DNA of 64,000 nt, taken from positions 9,790 to 73,789 of the forward strand of contig DAOLNX010000001.1 in assembly GCA_035416785.1 (NCBI GenBank), read 5' to 3'. This document shows, one piece after another, positions 48,295-58,396 of this stretch. The notes below the pieces were generated by a model. That model saw only the letters and a list, made by a program, of their open reading frames with translations, made no database searches and was not told the origin of the DNA. This DNA comes from Smithellaceae bacterium. Lineage in GTDB: Bacteria > Desulfobacterota > Syntrophia > Syntrophales > Smithellaceae. Numbering within the stretch: the first letter of the stretch is position 1; each line of letters begins with the position of its first letter. Position numbers and translations under genes: made by a program.

Positions 48295-49061
48295 GATGTA
48301 ACCTCCTCGCCCAGATAAGCTTCCATTACTTTGGGATTGGTTTGGATTTCAGCCGGTAGCCCGGCGGCAATGTTCGCGCCGAAATCCAATACAACGAGGC
48401 GTTCACAGATTCCCATCACGAGGCGCATCTGATGTTCGATTAGAATAATGGTGACAGAAAATGTTTTACGAATCCAGTGAATCAAATCCATCAGTTGCAG
48501 GATTTCATTGGGATTCATGCCGGCGGCCGGTTCATCGAGCAAGAGCAGTTTGGGTTTTGTGGCCAAAGCCCGGGCCATTTCCAGGCGACGCTGTAAACCG
48601 TATGGCAGATTCTTAGCCTTTTCGCCTGATGCGTCATCAAGATTGAAAATCGACAGTAGGTCGAGCGACTGGGTGGTGATACGGTTTTCCTCAGTGCGGA
48701 ATCGACCGATATGCAAAAGTGCTTCGATGGGTGTGTAGGCAATCTGGCCGTAATGCGCAATGCGGATGTTGTCCAGAACGGAGAGTTCACGAAAGAGGCG
48801 GATGTTTTGAAACGTCCGGGCAATGCCTAAGGAAGTAATCTGGTGTGGGGTCAGGCCGACCAGTTCCCGGCCGCTAAGTTTGATGCTGCCTTCGCTTGCG
48901 CGATAGACGCCGGTGATTAAGTTGAAGACGGTGGTTTTGCCCGCGCCGTTGGGGCCGATGATGCCGATCAGCTCCTGCGGTTTTACGGTAAAGCTAAAAT
49001 CGGATACTGCGCAAAGGCCGGCAAAGCGGTGTGTGAGGTTGATGATTTCAAGGAGCGGCAT
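48291..49061 (-). CDS. livG: Branched-chain amino acid ABC transporter ATP-binding protein
   Basis: Walker A GPNGAGKTT, LLLDEPAAGMNP, and a LivG-type C-terminus (EAYLGE). Confidence 0.9.
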   Translation of the reverse strand: MPLLEIINLTHRFAGLCAVSDFSFTVKPQELIGIIGPNGAGKTTVFNLITGVYRASEGSIKLSGRELVGLTPHQITSLGIARTFQNIRLFRELSVLDNIRIAHYGQIAYTPIEALLHIGRFRTEENRITTQSLDLLSIFNLDDASGEKAKNLPYGLQRRLEMARALATKPKLLLLDEPAAGMNPNEILQLMDLIHWIRKTFSVTIILIEHQMRLVMGICERLVVLDFGANIAAGLPAEIQTNPKVMEAYLGEEVTS

Positions 49062-50091
49062 CCGGAGCCTCCTTTTTCTTCTGACGCCAGCGTTTTTCCG
49101 TAATCAGGTCGCGAAGCGGCTCAAACAGCCGGACTTCTTTTAAACCCAGAATGCCGTGCGGGCGGTAAATCATCAGAAGAACCAGCATAAGCGGCATAAA
49201 AACCATTCGCCAGACACCCAGCGGGCGCAGGATTTCCAGCAGGATGGTGTAGATTACAGCACCGACGATCGATCCGGAGATAGAAGCGATACCGCCTAAG
49301 TAAACCATAATCAGAATATCGGTGGACTTGATTATGTCGAACATGCGTGGGTTGATGAACTGCAGGGCGTGTGCAAACAGGCCCCCGGCAATGCCTGCGA
49401 AAAAAGACGAAACGACGAACGCAATCATTTTTACCTGGCGCGTATTGACACTCATCAGGTCGCTCGCGATTTCATCCTCGCGGATAGACAAAACACCGCG
49501 TCCGAAATTCGAATAAACCAGGTTACGGATGACCCAAACGGAAAGGGCCGCCCAGAAAAAAACCCAGGGCAGCGTAGTGAGCTTTTCCATACCTAACAAT
49601 CCGCGCGGTCCGCCGACAGCATCGATATTTTCCAGCACGGATTTCACAATCATGCAAAAGGCCAGCGTGACGATGGCGAGATAATCGCCGCGCGTTTTGA
49701 AGGAAGGGATGGCTACAAGAAATCCGATCAGTCCTGCGCCCAAACCGCCTGCCAGAATCGCCAACGGAAAAAGGAAGTCGGATGCTCCGACGGGGAAAAC
49801 GTGCACCGTGAGGAGCGAGGCGAGATAAGCGCCCACGGCCATGAAGCCGGCATGGCCGACGGAAAATTCGCCCATATAGCCGTTGATCAGATTCAGGCTG
49901 ACGGTGAGAATAATGTTGATACCGACATAAATTAAAATCAGTTGAAGGTATAAATCCAGAAAATCGTAGATGTTGATGGCGACGCAAAACGAAAGCCCCG
50001 CGATCATGAAACTAGGCCAGAAAAAGGTGTGTCCGGTCAGCGTGTGCCAGCGTTTCAGCAGTGCCTGATAAATGGAAAGAACAGTTGCCAT
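49048..50091 (-). CDS. livM: Branched-chain amino acid ABC transporter permease
   Basis: Polytopic membrane protein with LivM-like motifs (GYMGEFSVGHAGFMAVGAY). Confidence 0.88.
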   Translation of the reverse strand: MATVLSIYQALLKRWHTLTGHTFFWPSFMIAGLSFCVAINIYDFLDLYLQLILIYVGINIILTVSLNLINGYMGEFSVGHAGFMAVGAYLASLLTVHVFPVGASDFLFPLAILAGGLGAGLIGFLVAIPSFKTRGDYLAIVTLAFCMIVKSVLENIDAVGGPRGLLGMEKLTTLPWVFFWAALSVWVIRNLVYSNFGRGVLSIREDEIASDLMSVNTRQVKMIAFVVSSFFAGIAGGLFAHALQFINPRMFDIIKSTDILIMVYLGGIASISGSIVGAVIYTILLEILRPLGVWRMVFMPLMLVLLMIYRPHGILGLKEVRLFEPLRDLITEKRWRQKKKEAPDAAP

Positions 50092-50093
50092 GA

Positions 50094-50969
50094 TTATACC
50101 TTTTGCGGCTGGGGTTTTCCCAGGATGCCGTAAGGCCGGAAAATGAGAAGAATCAAAAGCAGGGTGAAAGCCACAAAGTCGCGATAAGTGGAGGGGAAAA
50201 ACGCGGCCACCAGAATTTCCACACCGCCCAGGATAAAGCCGCCGATCATAGCGCCGCGGATGTTGCCGATGCCGCCGACAACCGCGGAAATAAAGGCTTT
50301 CCAGCCGACCATGATGCCCATATACGGATCAATGACCGGATAAGCGAGTCCATACATCATTCCGGCTGCGCCTCCCAGGCCCGTACCGATGGCAAAGGTC
50401 AGCGAGATGATTTTATTGACCGGCACGCCCATCAGCGGAACAATGGTCTTGTCCCAGGATATGGCGCGCATGGCCATGCCGGCCTTGGTATGCTGGACGA
50501 CAAAGTCCAGAATCAGCATCAGAATGAGAGAAAGGAGGATGACAATGACTTGCAGAGACGAGATGGAAAGCGAGCCGACGGTCCAAGTGGTGTTGGTCAA
50601 AAGCGCCGGGATGTGTTTGGGGTAGGGAGACAAAGCCAGTGTAAAGTTTTCCAGAAAGAGACCGACGCCCAGGGCCGTGATGATGGCGGAGACCCGCGGG
50701 GCGTTGCGCAAGGGCTTGTAGGCCATCCTTTCAATGATGACGCCCAGAAAGGCCACGCCCAGCATGGACAATAAAAGCGTCGGAATAAAGGATAGGTTCA
50801 AATATACGGCCAGAAGGAAGCAGAAGAATGCGCCAACCATGAACAAGTCGCCATGGGCAAAATTGATCATGGTCAGAATGCCGTAAACCATTGTATAGCC
50901 CAGGGCAATCAGGGCGTAGATGCTGCCCAACTGTAGGGCATTGAGTGCTTGCTGAAAAAAATAGGCCAT
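50094..50969 (-). CDS. livH: Branched-chain amino acid ABC transporter permease
   Basis: N-terminus QQALNALQLGSIYALIALGYTMVYG is typical of LivH. Confidence 0.9.
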   Translation of the reverse strand: MAYFFQQALNALQLGSIYALIALGYTMVYGILTMINFAHGDLFMVGAFFCFLLAVYLNLSFIPTLLLSMLGVAFLGVIIERMAYKPLRNAPRVSAIITALGVGLFLENFTLALSPYPKHIPALLTNTTWTVGSLSISSLQVIVILLSLILMLILDFVVQHTKAGMAMRAISWDKTIVPLMGVPVNKIISLTFAIGTGLGGAAGMMYGLAYPVIDPYMGIMVGWKAFISAVVGGIGNIRGAMIGGFILGGVEILVAAFFPSTYRDFVAFTLLLILLIFRPYGILGKPQPQKV

Positions 50970-50975
50970 AAATGT

Positions 50976-52142
50976 TTAGGGTTTGGCGTTGGCAAACCAC
51001 GTAAATTTGCCATCCCTAATTTTTAAAATGACCGCACTTTTCACCGGGTCGCCTGAGCCTTCCTGAAACTGCATATTGCCCGTCACACCTTCATGCTGCG
51101 GAATTTTGGCAAGGGTGTCACGCACTGCCTGACGGTTGTTCTTTCCGGCGGTTTTGATGGCTTTCCAAAGCAATCCGAAAGAGTCATACGTCAAAGCGGC
51201 AACGTCATCCGGTGTCGTACCGTATTTGGCTTTATAGTTGGCGATGAATTTCTTGGTGACATCTGTCGCCGCGTCGGCGGCGTAATGGGTGCTGAAATAG
51301 TAATCATTGCAATCGGCGCCGCAGAGCTTGACCAGATCGGAGCTTCCCCAGGCGTCGGCGCCGATGAACGGCACGGTGATGCCCAATCGTTTGGCCTGCT
51401 GGATTTGCAGAGGGATTTCGCTGTAGTAGTTGGGCAGAAAAATGATTTCCGGCCCGGCCTTTTTAATTTTGGTGAGCTGCGAGGAAAAATCCTTGTCATT
51501 GGTGGTGTAGGTTTCAAAAGAGACCACTTTGCCGCCGTTTTTTTCGTAAACGTCTCTGAAAATCTCGGCAATGCCCTTGTTGTATTCGGATGCAACGTCA
51601 TAAAGCACGGCTGCTTTTTTCAGATTCAAATGATTCAGGGTAAATTTGGCCAGAACGCCGCCCTGGAAGGGATCGATAAAGCAGGAGCGGAAAACAAATT
51701 TTTTAGGAGCCCCTGTCTTAGAATCCAGCGTTGTTTTGGGAGCGGTTGACCAGGGGGTGATCAGCACGACTTTACTGGATTCGGCAATTTCTGCTGCGGG
51801 CAGAGCGTAACGGCTGGCGTTTGGACCGATGATGGCGAGGACCTTGTTTTGTGTGATCAACTTCTGAGCCGCCGAGACCGACTGATCAGCTTTTCCTGCA
51901 TTGTCCTCGATGATCAGTTTAACTTTATATTTCTTATCACCCAATAGAATGCCGCCTGCGTCGTTGATTTCGGCGGCGGCCATTTCCGCCGCATTTTTAC
52001 AGGATGCGCCGACAGCGGGTATATCGCCCGTCAGTTCAGCAATGACGCCGACTTTGATTTGGGAAGAATCCTCTTTGCCGCAACTGCAAAGACCAAGAGA
52101 GCAAATCACCAAAAGGATTATTGAAACAATCGTTTTTTTCAT
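50976..52142 (-). CDS. ABC transporter substrate-binding lipoprotein (LivK/LivJ family)
   Basis: Lipobox LGLCSCG and a type I periplasmic binding protein sequence. It is the first gene of the liv-type operon. The ligand is not assignable. Confidence 0.85.
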   Translation of the reverse strand: MKKTIVSIILLVICSLGLCSCGKEDSSQIKVGVIAELTGDIPAVGASCKNAAEMAAAEINDAGGILLGDKKYKVKLIIEDNAGKADQSVSAAQKLITQNKVLAIIGPNASRYALPAAEIAESSKVVLITPWSTAPKTTLDSKTGAPKKFVFRSCFIDPFQGGVLAKFTLNHLNLKKAAVLYDVASEYNKGIAEIFRDVYEKNGGKVVSFETYTTNDKDFSSQLTKIKKAGPEIIFLPNYYSEIPLQIQQAKRLGITVPFIGADAWGSSDLVKLCGADCNDYYFSTHYAADAATDVTKKFIANYKAKYGTTPDDVAALTYDSFGLLWKAIKTAGKNNRQAVRDTLAKIPQHEGVTGNMQFQEGSGDPVKSAVILKIRDGKFTWFANAKP

Positions 52143-52439
52143 GAACTGTCTCCTTACCGGACCAGATGTTTTGTCGACCGCTTATAGGGGAAGGTCAACG
52201 CTCTGTCAACGAAAAAGAAGGATTTGCCCATGACACAGCGCAGGGGGGCCGAGGCGGATGGGACCTCACTAACCCAAAATGATCATCATGATCATGGATA
52301 AGAAGGATCAATATGACAAAGGCTATATTATTCAATAATTTATCGTGGAAGATGGTTATTCCGTCTCTTAAGCAAAACCAGTATTGATTTTTCGATTGTT
52401 TTTTTATAAGTTTATAAAAAATATTGAGTAGTACTTCTG

Positions 52440-53813
52440 ATGACCCCGGAAAAAAAAGATCCCTTTGTTGCCGCCTGCAAAAAAATTCTGGTTCCCTCAA
52501 AAACGGTTTATAAGAAAGAGTTTACATATTCAGGGTATACTTATGAAGACATTTTTGAGCTGGCTGCCGGTTTAAAACAGACACTGGGAAACGGTGGAAT
52601 GGAAAAATCAGTTTGTCTTTGCACGGAAAACAAAGCGGTGCTTGCAGCTTCCATTATCGCTTCCCTTCACGGCGCCTGCAATCTGATTCTTCCGTATGCT
52701 TATTCAATTCCTGCTCTGATGGAGTTGCGTGATGCGGCTGGTTTTGACATCGCAATTGCCGACCATCCTGAAGACGTGCCCGGTGTGGAAATAATCAATC
52801 CGCATGCCGGAGATTTGCGCTACTTGAATTCTGGAGACATTCGTGATCCCGATCAGCCTTTTTTGAGACTTTTCACGGGCGGATCAACGGGTAAACCCAG
52901 AGTGTGGTCCAAAACGCCGCGCAATCTGCTTAGCGAGGCCTTGTATCTTTGCACAAAATTCAATATAAAATCGCAAGATGTATTTCTTTCCACTGTTCCG
53001 CCTTATCATATTTACGGACTGCTATTTTCCATTCTGCTGCCTTTTGTAGCCCGCGCGAGAGTCCTGCCGGAAATTTACACTTTTCCCCAGGAAATTATTT
53101 CCACGATTAATCGGCACCAAGCCACCGTGCTGGTGAGTATCCCGATTCATTACCGGTCTTTGCATGTTGAGGACTTGTCCGTTTTTTCACTGAAAAAGGC
53201 TTTTTCATCCGCCGGCTTTTTAGATCGGTCCGACGCTTCTCATTTCCTGGAGAAAACGGGTATCGGTATCAGTGAAATTTACGGCTCCACTGAAACGGGT
53301 GGGATTGCCTTCCGCAGTGTTACAGAAAAGAAAGAGAGCTGGCAACCAGCGGATTCGGTTCAATGGCGTTTATCCGGCAGTCGACTGGCCGTTAAATCCG
53401 ATTTTACCTCTTGCGAAATGGAAAGAGACGCTGACGGCTTTTGTATTACCGGAGATGAAGTCTGTCCCGAAGATAACAACCGGTTTGTGCTGCTAGGTCG
53501 TTCAGACGGCATTGTCAAAATTGCTGGCAAGCGGGTGGATCTTCTTGATATTCAGAATAAAATCAAGACATTACATTGTGTGCGGGATGTGGTGGTCATG
53601 GCGCTTCCGACTGAAACAGGTCGCGACAATATTGTTGTGGCGCTCATAGCCGGCGATCTGTCCGAAGTCGAGCTTCGCAAAATGATGATGGAAAAGCTTG
53701 ATCCGTATGCTGTGCCGAGACGAATAAAAGTTGTGCAGGCCATCAAACGAAGCGCCACAGGTAAAATTGAATACCGGCGAGTGGAACAGATGTTTCGGGA
53801 TCAGGAAAAGTAG
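52440..53813 (+). CDS. Short AMP-dependent synthetase/ligase (adenylating enzyme)
   Basis: Core motifs TGGSTGKPR, YGSTETG, TGDE, GRSDGIVKIAGKRV and a terminal SATGKIEYRR. It is only 457 aa. Confidence 0.85.
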   Translation: MTPEKKDPFVAACKKILVPSKTVYKKEFTYSGYTYEDIFELAAGLKQTLGNGGMEKSVCLCTENKAVLAASIIASLHGACNLILPYAYSIPALMELRDAAGFDIAIADHPEDVPGVEIINPHAGDLRYLNSGDIRDPDQPFLRLFTGGSTGKPRVWSKTPRNLLSEALYLCTKFNIKSQDVFLSTVPPYHIYGLLFSILLPFVARARVLPEIYTFPQEIISTINRHQATVLVSIPIHYRSLHVEDLSVFSLKKAFSSAGFLDRSDASHFLEKTGIGISEIYGSTETGGIAFRSVTEKKESWQPADSVQWRLSGSRLAVKSDFTSCEMERDADGFCITGDEVCPEDNNRFVLLGRSDGIVKIAGKRVDLLDIQNKIKTLHCVRDVVVMALPTETGRDNIVVALIAGDLSEVELRKMMMEKLDPYAVPRRIKVVQAIKRSATGKIEYRRVEQMFRDQEK

Positions 53814-53973
53814 ATAAAGGTATGCCATAATGCAAATGAAGATAAAGAAAAAACGGGATACAGGGACTTCCTGTTTTTTGGGCAAGACTTCCGGTGCTAT
53901 TTCGAGGTCCCCTGTTGCATCATGAAATGAAATTTACTGAAGGGAGGGGTATCGTGGGTTCCAAGAAAAACTC

Positions 53974-54002
53974 TTGACAGAGGCTAATGATTCATATAGC
54001 AT
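53974..54002 (+). promoter_or_regulatory. Candidate sigma-70 promoter of rho (long leader)
   Basis: TTGACA, a 17-nt spacer, then TAGCAT, about 190 nt upstream of the rho start. Confidence 0.3.
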
Positions 54003-54195
54003 GATTACCAACTTGTCAGAGGCCTTATTGGCCCTGCCCTTTGGAGCGTTTTCAAGTATTCAAACAAACTAATCGATATTTATCCGTAGCTGCTGTAAAA
54101 TCGTGAGTATCCCCACGTATTTTTTGAAAAAATGCAGTCAATCTCTCTGCAACTTCATTATCGATCATTGACTAACCCAAATTAAGGAAACATTT

Positions 54196-55443
54196 ATGAA
54201 CATCGAAGACATCAAACGGTTGCCCATTAGCGAACTCAACAACATGGCCAAAAACCTGGAGGTGCCGGGTGCAAGCGGAATGCGCCGTCAGGATCTCATT
54301 TTTGCAATTCTGCAAACACAGGCTGAACAAAACGGTGTGATCTCCGGGTCCGGCGTTCTGGAAATCCTTCCGGACGGGTTCGGTTTTTTGCGTGCTGTCG
54401 ATTATAATTATCTGCCCAGTCCGGATGATATTTACATTTCACCCTCGCAGATTCGACGTTTTAATCTACGAACCGGCGACACCATTTCGGGTGAGGTGCG
54501 TCCTCCCAAGGAAGGAGAAAAATATTTTGCCCTGCTCAAAGTGGATGAGGTCAATTTTGAAAGCCCGGAACAGGCACGCGATAAAATCTTGTTTGACAAT
54601 CTGACGCCTCTTTATCCTGATGAAAAGCTAAACCTTGAATTTGAATCAGAAAATTATTCAACCCGCATGCTGGATTTATTTGCTCCCATCGGTAAGGGGC
54701 AGCGCGCTCTGATCGTCTCGCCGCCAAGAGCTGGAAAGACAGTCCTTTTGCAGGATATTGCACACAGCATAACAGCCAATCATAAAGAAGTGGTTTTGAT
54801 GGTGCTTTTAATCGACGAGCGGCCCGAAGAAGTCACCGATATGCAACGCAGCGTCAAAGGCGAGGTCATCTCATCTACCTTTGATGAACCAGCCACGCGC
54901 CACGTCCAGGTAGCCGAGATGGTCATTGAAAAAGCCAAGCGTCTGGTGGAGCATAAGAAAGATGTGGTTATTCTTCTGGATTCGATTACACGTCTGGCGC
55001 GTGCCTACAACACGGTCGTTCCCCCCTCCGGAAAAGTGCTTTCCGGAGGGGTGGATTCCAATGCCCTGCACAAACCCAAACGTTTCTTCGGCGCAGCCCG
55101 AAATATTGAAAATGGTGGAAGTCTGACGATTATTTCCACAGCGCTGATTGACACAGGCAGTCGCATGGACGAGGTGATTTTTGAAGAATTCAAAGGAACC
55201 GGCAACATGGAACTGCATCTGGATCGCCGCATTGCCGACCGACGCATTTTCCCCGCATTTGACCTTATTCGGTCCGGTACACGTAAGGAAGAACTTCTGA
55301 TTCCTAAAGCCATTCTCAACCGTGTCTGGATTTTGCGTCGCCTTTTACAGGAAATGAATCCAGTCGATGCGATGGAATTCATTACCGGGAAGATCAGAAA
55401 AACCGAAACCAATAAGGAATTTCTGGAATCCATGAATTCCTAG
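54196..55443 (+). CDS. rho: Transcription termination factor Rho
   Basis: N-terminal [14 protein letters not shown]-binding GFGFLR, Walker A PPRAGKT, and a Rho C-terminus. Confidence 0.97.
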   Translation: MNIEDIKRLPISELNNMAKNLEVPGASGMRRQDLIFAILQTQAEQNGVISGSGVLEILPDGFGFLRAVDYNYLPSPDDIYISPSQIRRFNLRTGDTISGEVRPPKEGEKYFALLKVDEVNFESPEQARDKILFDNLTPLYPDEKLNLEFESENYSTRMLDLFAPIGKGQRALIVSPPRAGKTVLLQDIAHSITANHKEVVLMVLLIDERPEEVTDMQRSVKGEVISSTFDEPATRHVQVAEMVIEKAKRLVEHKKDVVILLDSITRLARAYNTVVPPSGKVLSGGVDSNALHKPKRFFGAARNIENGGSLTIISTALIDTGSRMDEVIFEEFKGTGNMELHLDRRIADRRIFPAFDLIRSGTRKEELLIPKAILNRVWILRRLLQEMNPVDAMEFITGKIRKTETNKEFLESMNS

Positions 55444-55521
55444 CGAAATCATGGATTCAGTTCAGAAAAATCCTTTTTCATGTTGAGAGGATAAGAATAA
55501 GCGCAGGAGGAAGAAGAAAAA

Positions 55522-55761
55522 ATGAAAGAAGGTATTCATCCGGACTACAAGGAAACCACCATCACATGTGTTTGCGGCAATGTGATTGAAACCAAGTCTA
55601 CGAAAAAAGACATAAAGATTGAAATCTGTTCCAACTGCCATCCGTTCATGACCGGGAAACAGAAAATTATCGATACGGCGGGACGAGTGGAAAAGTTCAA
55701 GAAAAAATACGCAAGCCAAGGCGATACTGTACCGTCAAAAAAGGAATCTAAAAAGAAATAA
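55522..55761 (+). CDS. rpmE: 50S ribosomal protein L31 (Zn-ribbon type A)
   Basis: [12 protein letters not shown]... with the CVC...CSNCHPF cysteines. Confidence 0.95.
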   Translation: MKEGIHPDYKETTITCVCGNVIETKSTKKDIKIEICSNCHPFMTGKQKIIDTAGRVEKFKKKYASQGDTVPSKKESKKK

Positions 55762-55910
55762 AACGCACGGATGCCGGAAATTACTGGAAGTATGAAAATA
55801 TATCAAGCAATGTTTTCGTACAGGAAAAGAGCCATGATGATTTCACGCCTGGCCTGATTGGAAAGCGAAGCGATACCTCATCATGGCTTGGGTTCAATTT
55901 TTTTTGATGG

Positions 55911-56225
55911 TTAATTGGCGATAGCGGTTCCTACGGCCTTTCCGTCCTTGAAAAGGATGACATACATCATATCCATGGTGTTTGAAGACTTGTAGTAGCG
56001 CTCTTCCAGGCTGTTGCTCAGTTTTACAATTTTCACCGGTTTCACAAAATCACTTTCGATATCGGCTACTGATTTTCCGGACAGAGACATTGCCGGCATT
56101 AATCGCACGCTTTCATTGGTTGGCAACGTTCCTTCCGATGCAAATGCTGAAAAGCTACCCAGAGTCAGAGCCATCACGGATGCAAGGATCACAACTGCTT
56201 TTTTCTTCTTTGATAAATTTTTCAT
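55911..56225 (-). CDS. Small secreted protein of unknown function (copy 2)
   Basis: Identical to 45150-45464. It is divergent from the sigma-54 activator gene. Confidence 0.65.
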   Translation of the reverse strand: MKNLSKKKKAVVILASVMALTLGSFSAFASEGTLPTNESVRLMPAMSLSGKSVADIESDFVKPVKIVKLSNSLEERYYKSSNTMDMMYVILFKDGKAVGTAIAN

Positions 56226-56287
56226 TTTATTTCCTCCGATTTTTTTATTTTCTTTTTTTTCATTTTTTTCTCTTTGTCATTATCATC

Positions 56288-56303
56288 AGCAAGGGTTGTG
56301 CCA
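56288..56303 (-). promoter_or_regulatory. Sigma-54 (-24/-12) promoter, copy 2
   Basis: The minus strand reads TGGCAC-AACCC-TTGCT. AGATAA-N13-TTATCT-N11-AGATAA half-sites lie just upstream at 56313-56354. Confidence 0.6.
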
Positions 56304-56459
56304 TAGAAGAATAGATAAAATATAATGTTTATTATCTAATATTTACGAAGATAACGCCTGCAAAGCCGCTTATGGATGTGCAGAATAGCGGAGAAAAGGT
56401 GTTTCATTATGGTAAAATATTATCATTATGATATAAGAAAGGCAGAAGGAGGGTCCTGG

Positions 56460-58085
56460 ATGCTGGCGGAACTGATTAAAAGTAGTGAACTGTTACACTT
56501 TGATGAACTGACAGGATTTCCGATCCTGGGTCATAATCATCGGTGTCTTATCATCGTTGTGGCCGCTCTCGTCAGATTGAGAGATGATTTAATTACCTCA
56601 GTAGGTATGGAACGGGCATCAGTGATCATGACCCGCTACGGATATCAAACGGGTATCGAAACGGCCATGAAAATGGCCGAGCTGTATGAATTTGACACAC
56701 TGGAAGAATGGTTTTATGCGGGAATTCGTATGCAGTCGATGTCGGGAATGGCCAATACAGAAATATCCGAGCTGGAAATTGACAAGGAATCAAAATCCAT
56801 GTCGTTTTCGGGAAAATGGAGAAATTCCATAGAAGCGACATTTGCCAGTGAAAATCCGATTTGTCTGATCGCGACCGGTTATTTGAGTGGCTATGCCAGT
56901 GCCATTATTGGAGAAGAAGTTCTAGTACGTGAACTTTCCTGTCAGGCGCAAGGTCATCCCACTTGCAAGTTTGAGGGGAAAACGCTGTCGCAATGGGGTG
57001 AAGATGGAGAAAGTCTGCGTCAAAACATGTATGTTGATCGTCTGGCTGACGAAGTTGCCTGTTTGCGGGAAATCATGGAAGAAGAGAAAGCAAGACTGGA
57101 GAGCCAGCGGCAGGAGATCTTCGCTTTAAAAGAGCACCTTGCAAAATCTGTTACGGACTCTGATATCATTTTTCGCAGTGAATCCATGGAAAAGTTGTTA
57201 CTACTGGCTGAAAAGGTGGCTCCCACTCCTTCCACCGTTTTAATCCAGGGTGAAAGTGGAACGGGCAAGGAACTTATCGCCCGTTTTATTCATCGGCGTT
57301 CCGGAAAAGCCGACAAACCCTTTATGGCGATCAATTGTGCCGCCCTTCCTCACAATCTTTTGGAATCTGAGCTTTTTGGACATGTCAAAGGAGCGTTTAC
57401 AGGAGCGGACAGGGACAAGGCGGGTCTGTTTACCGAAGCGGCTGATGGAACTCTGTTTATGGATGAAATCGGCGAGTTGCCGCTGGATATTCAGGCCAAG
57501 TTGCTTCGCGCTCTTCAGGAAAAGGAAGTTCGCCCGCTGGGTGGATTGAAAAACTTTCCCATCAAGGCCCGCATTATTGCCGCGACGAACCGGGATTTGC
57601 GCAATATGGTTACAGACGGACGATTCCGTGAGGATTTATATTACCGATTTTCTGTGTTTCCCTTGTCCTTGCCGCCTCTTAAAGAGAGAAGACAGGACAT
57701 TTTATTGATTGCCCGCTATTTTCTCAATCGTCTGGATGCCGACCATCCGGGTTTTGATCCGAAAACGGTTCGTCTTCTTGAAAAGTATTCTTGGCCGGGC
57801 AATGTTCGGGAACTGGAAAATTGTGTTGAATATGCGGTGATTCTTTCCGGTAAAGAAATGATTCTGCCCTTGCATTTGCCTCCTGCGATAGCATCGCCGC
57901 CTACCGACTCTCTTTCTTCCATTGCCGCGGATATGCCGACCTTTGCGGAACTTCAGAATCGTTACGTGAAGCTTGTCCTGGAACATACTAACCAGGACCG
58001 CATTGAAGCTGCACGTATTCTGGATATCGGCACGGCCACTATTTACCGATGGTTAAAATCGGAAAACGCTTGCCAAAAGAAGTGA
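56460..58085 (+). CDS. Sigma-54-dependent transcriptional activator with XylR-N/V4R sensor domain
   Basis: ATG 56460 sits 8 nt after GAAGGAGGG (the ORF is open from 56376). N-terminal XylR-N/V4R-like region, AAA+ Walker A GESGTGKE, the GAFTGA loop, ESELFGH and a C-terminal Fis-type HTH. Confidence 0.9.
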   Translation: MLAELIKSSELLHFDELTGFPILGHNHRCLIIVVAALVRLRDDLITSVGMERASVIMTRYGYQTGIETAMKMAELYEFDTLEEWFYAGIRMQSMSGMANTEISELEIDKESKSMSFSGKWRNSIEATFASENPICLIATGYLSGYASAIIGEEVLVRELSCQAQGHPTCKFEGKTLSQWGEDGESLRQNMYVDRLADEVACLREIMEEEKARLESQRQEIFALKEHLAKSVTDSDIIFRSESMEKLLLLAEKVAPTPSTVLIQGESGTGKELIARFIHRRSGKADKPFMAINCAALPHNLLESELFGHVKGAFTGADRDKAGLFTEAADGTLFMDEIGELPLDIQAKLLRALQEKEVRPLGGLKNFPIKARIIAATNRDLRNMVTDGRFREDLYYRFSVFPLSLPPLKERRQDILLIARYFLNRLDADHPGFDPKTVRLLEKYSWPGNVRELENCVEYAVILSGKEMILPLHLPPAIASPPTDSLSSIAADMPTFAELQNRYVKLVLEHTNQDRIEAARILDIGTATIYRWLKSENACQKK

Positions 58086-58197
58086 TTCTCCTGTCGGGTG
58101 CAGATGCATTTTGATGTATGAACAAGGGGGAAAAGAGTGGGGGACGCATTTTGCGAAATAAAAGATTGAGGAAACGGGCTTAAGTCATTGTTTTTAT

Positions 58198-58274
58198 TGG
58201 TGGGCGATGTGAGACTCGAACTCACGGCACCTGGCTTCGGAGGCCAGTACTCTATCCATCTGAGCTAATCGCCC
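58198..58274 (-). tRNA. tRNA-Arg (anticodon CCG)
   Basis: A 77-nt cloverleaf folded by hand: acceptor GGGCGAT/ATCGCCC, anticodon stem CTGGC/GCCAG with loop CTCCGAA, T arm GTGAG-TTCGAGT-CTCAC. The CCA end is encoded. Confidence 0.93.
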
Positions 58275-58396
58275 TTTATTGGCTGTCTCTACTATATCCG
58301 GGCGCAATCTTCAATGAATAAATGATTCCGATCACTGTAAATTTACTTTCCTTCAAAGGAATGGTTTGTCCACAACATTTTCTGTCGGAAACGAGG

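Larger units (their letters stand above)
55813..56449. repeat. 637-bp direct repeat, copy 2
   Basis: Identical to 45052-45688. The right end falls inside the Shine-Dalgarno sequence of the activator gene. Confidence 0.95.
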
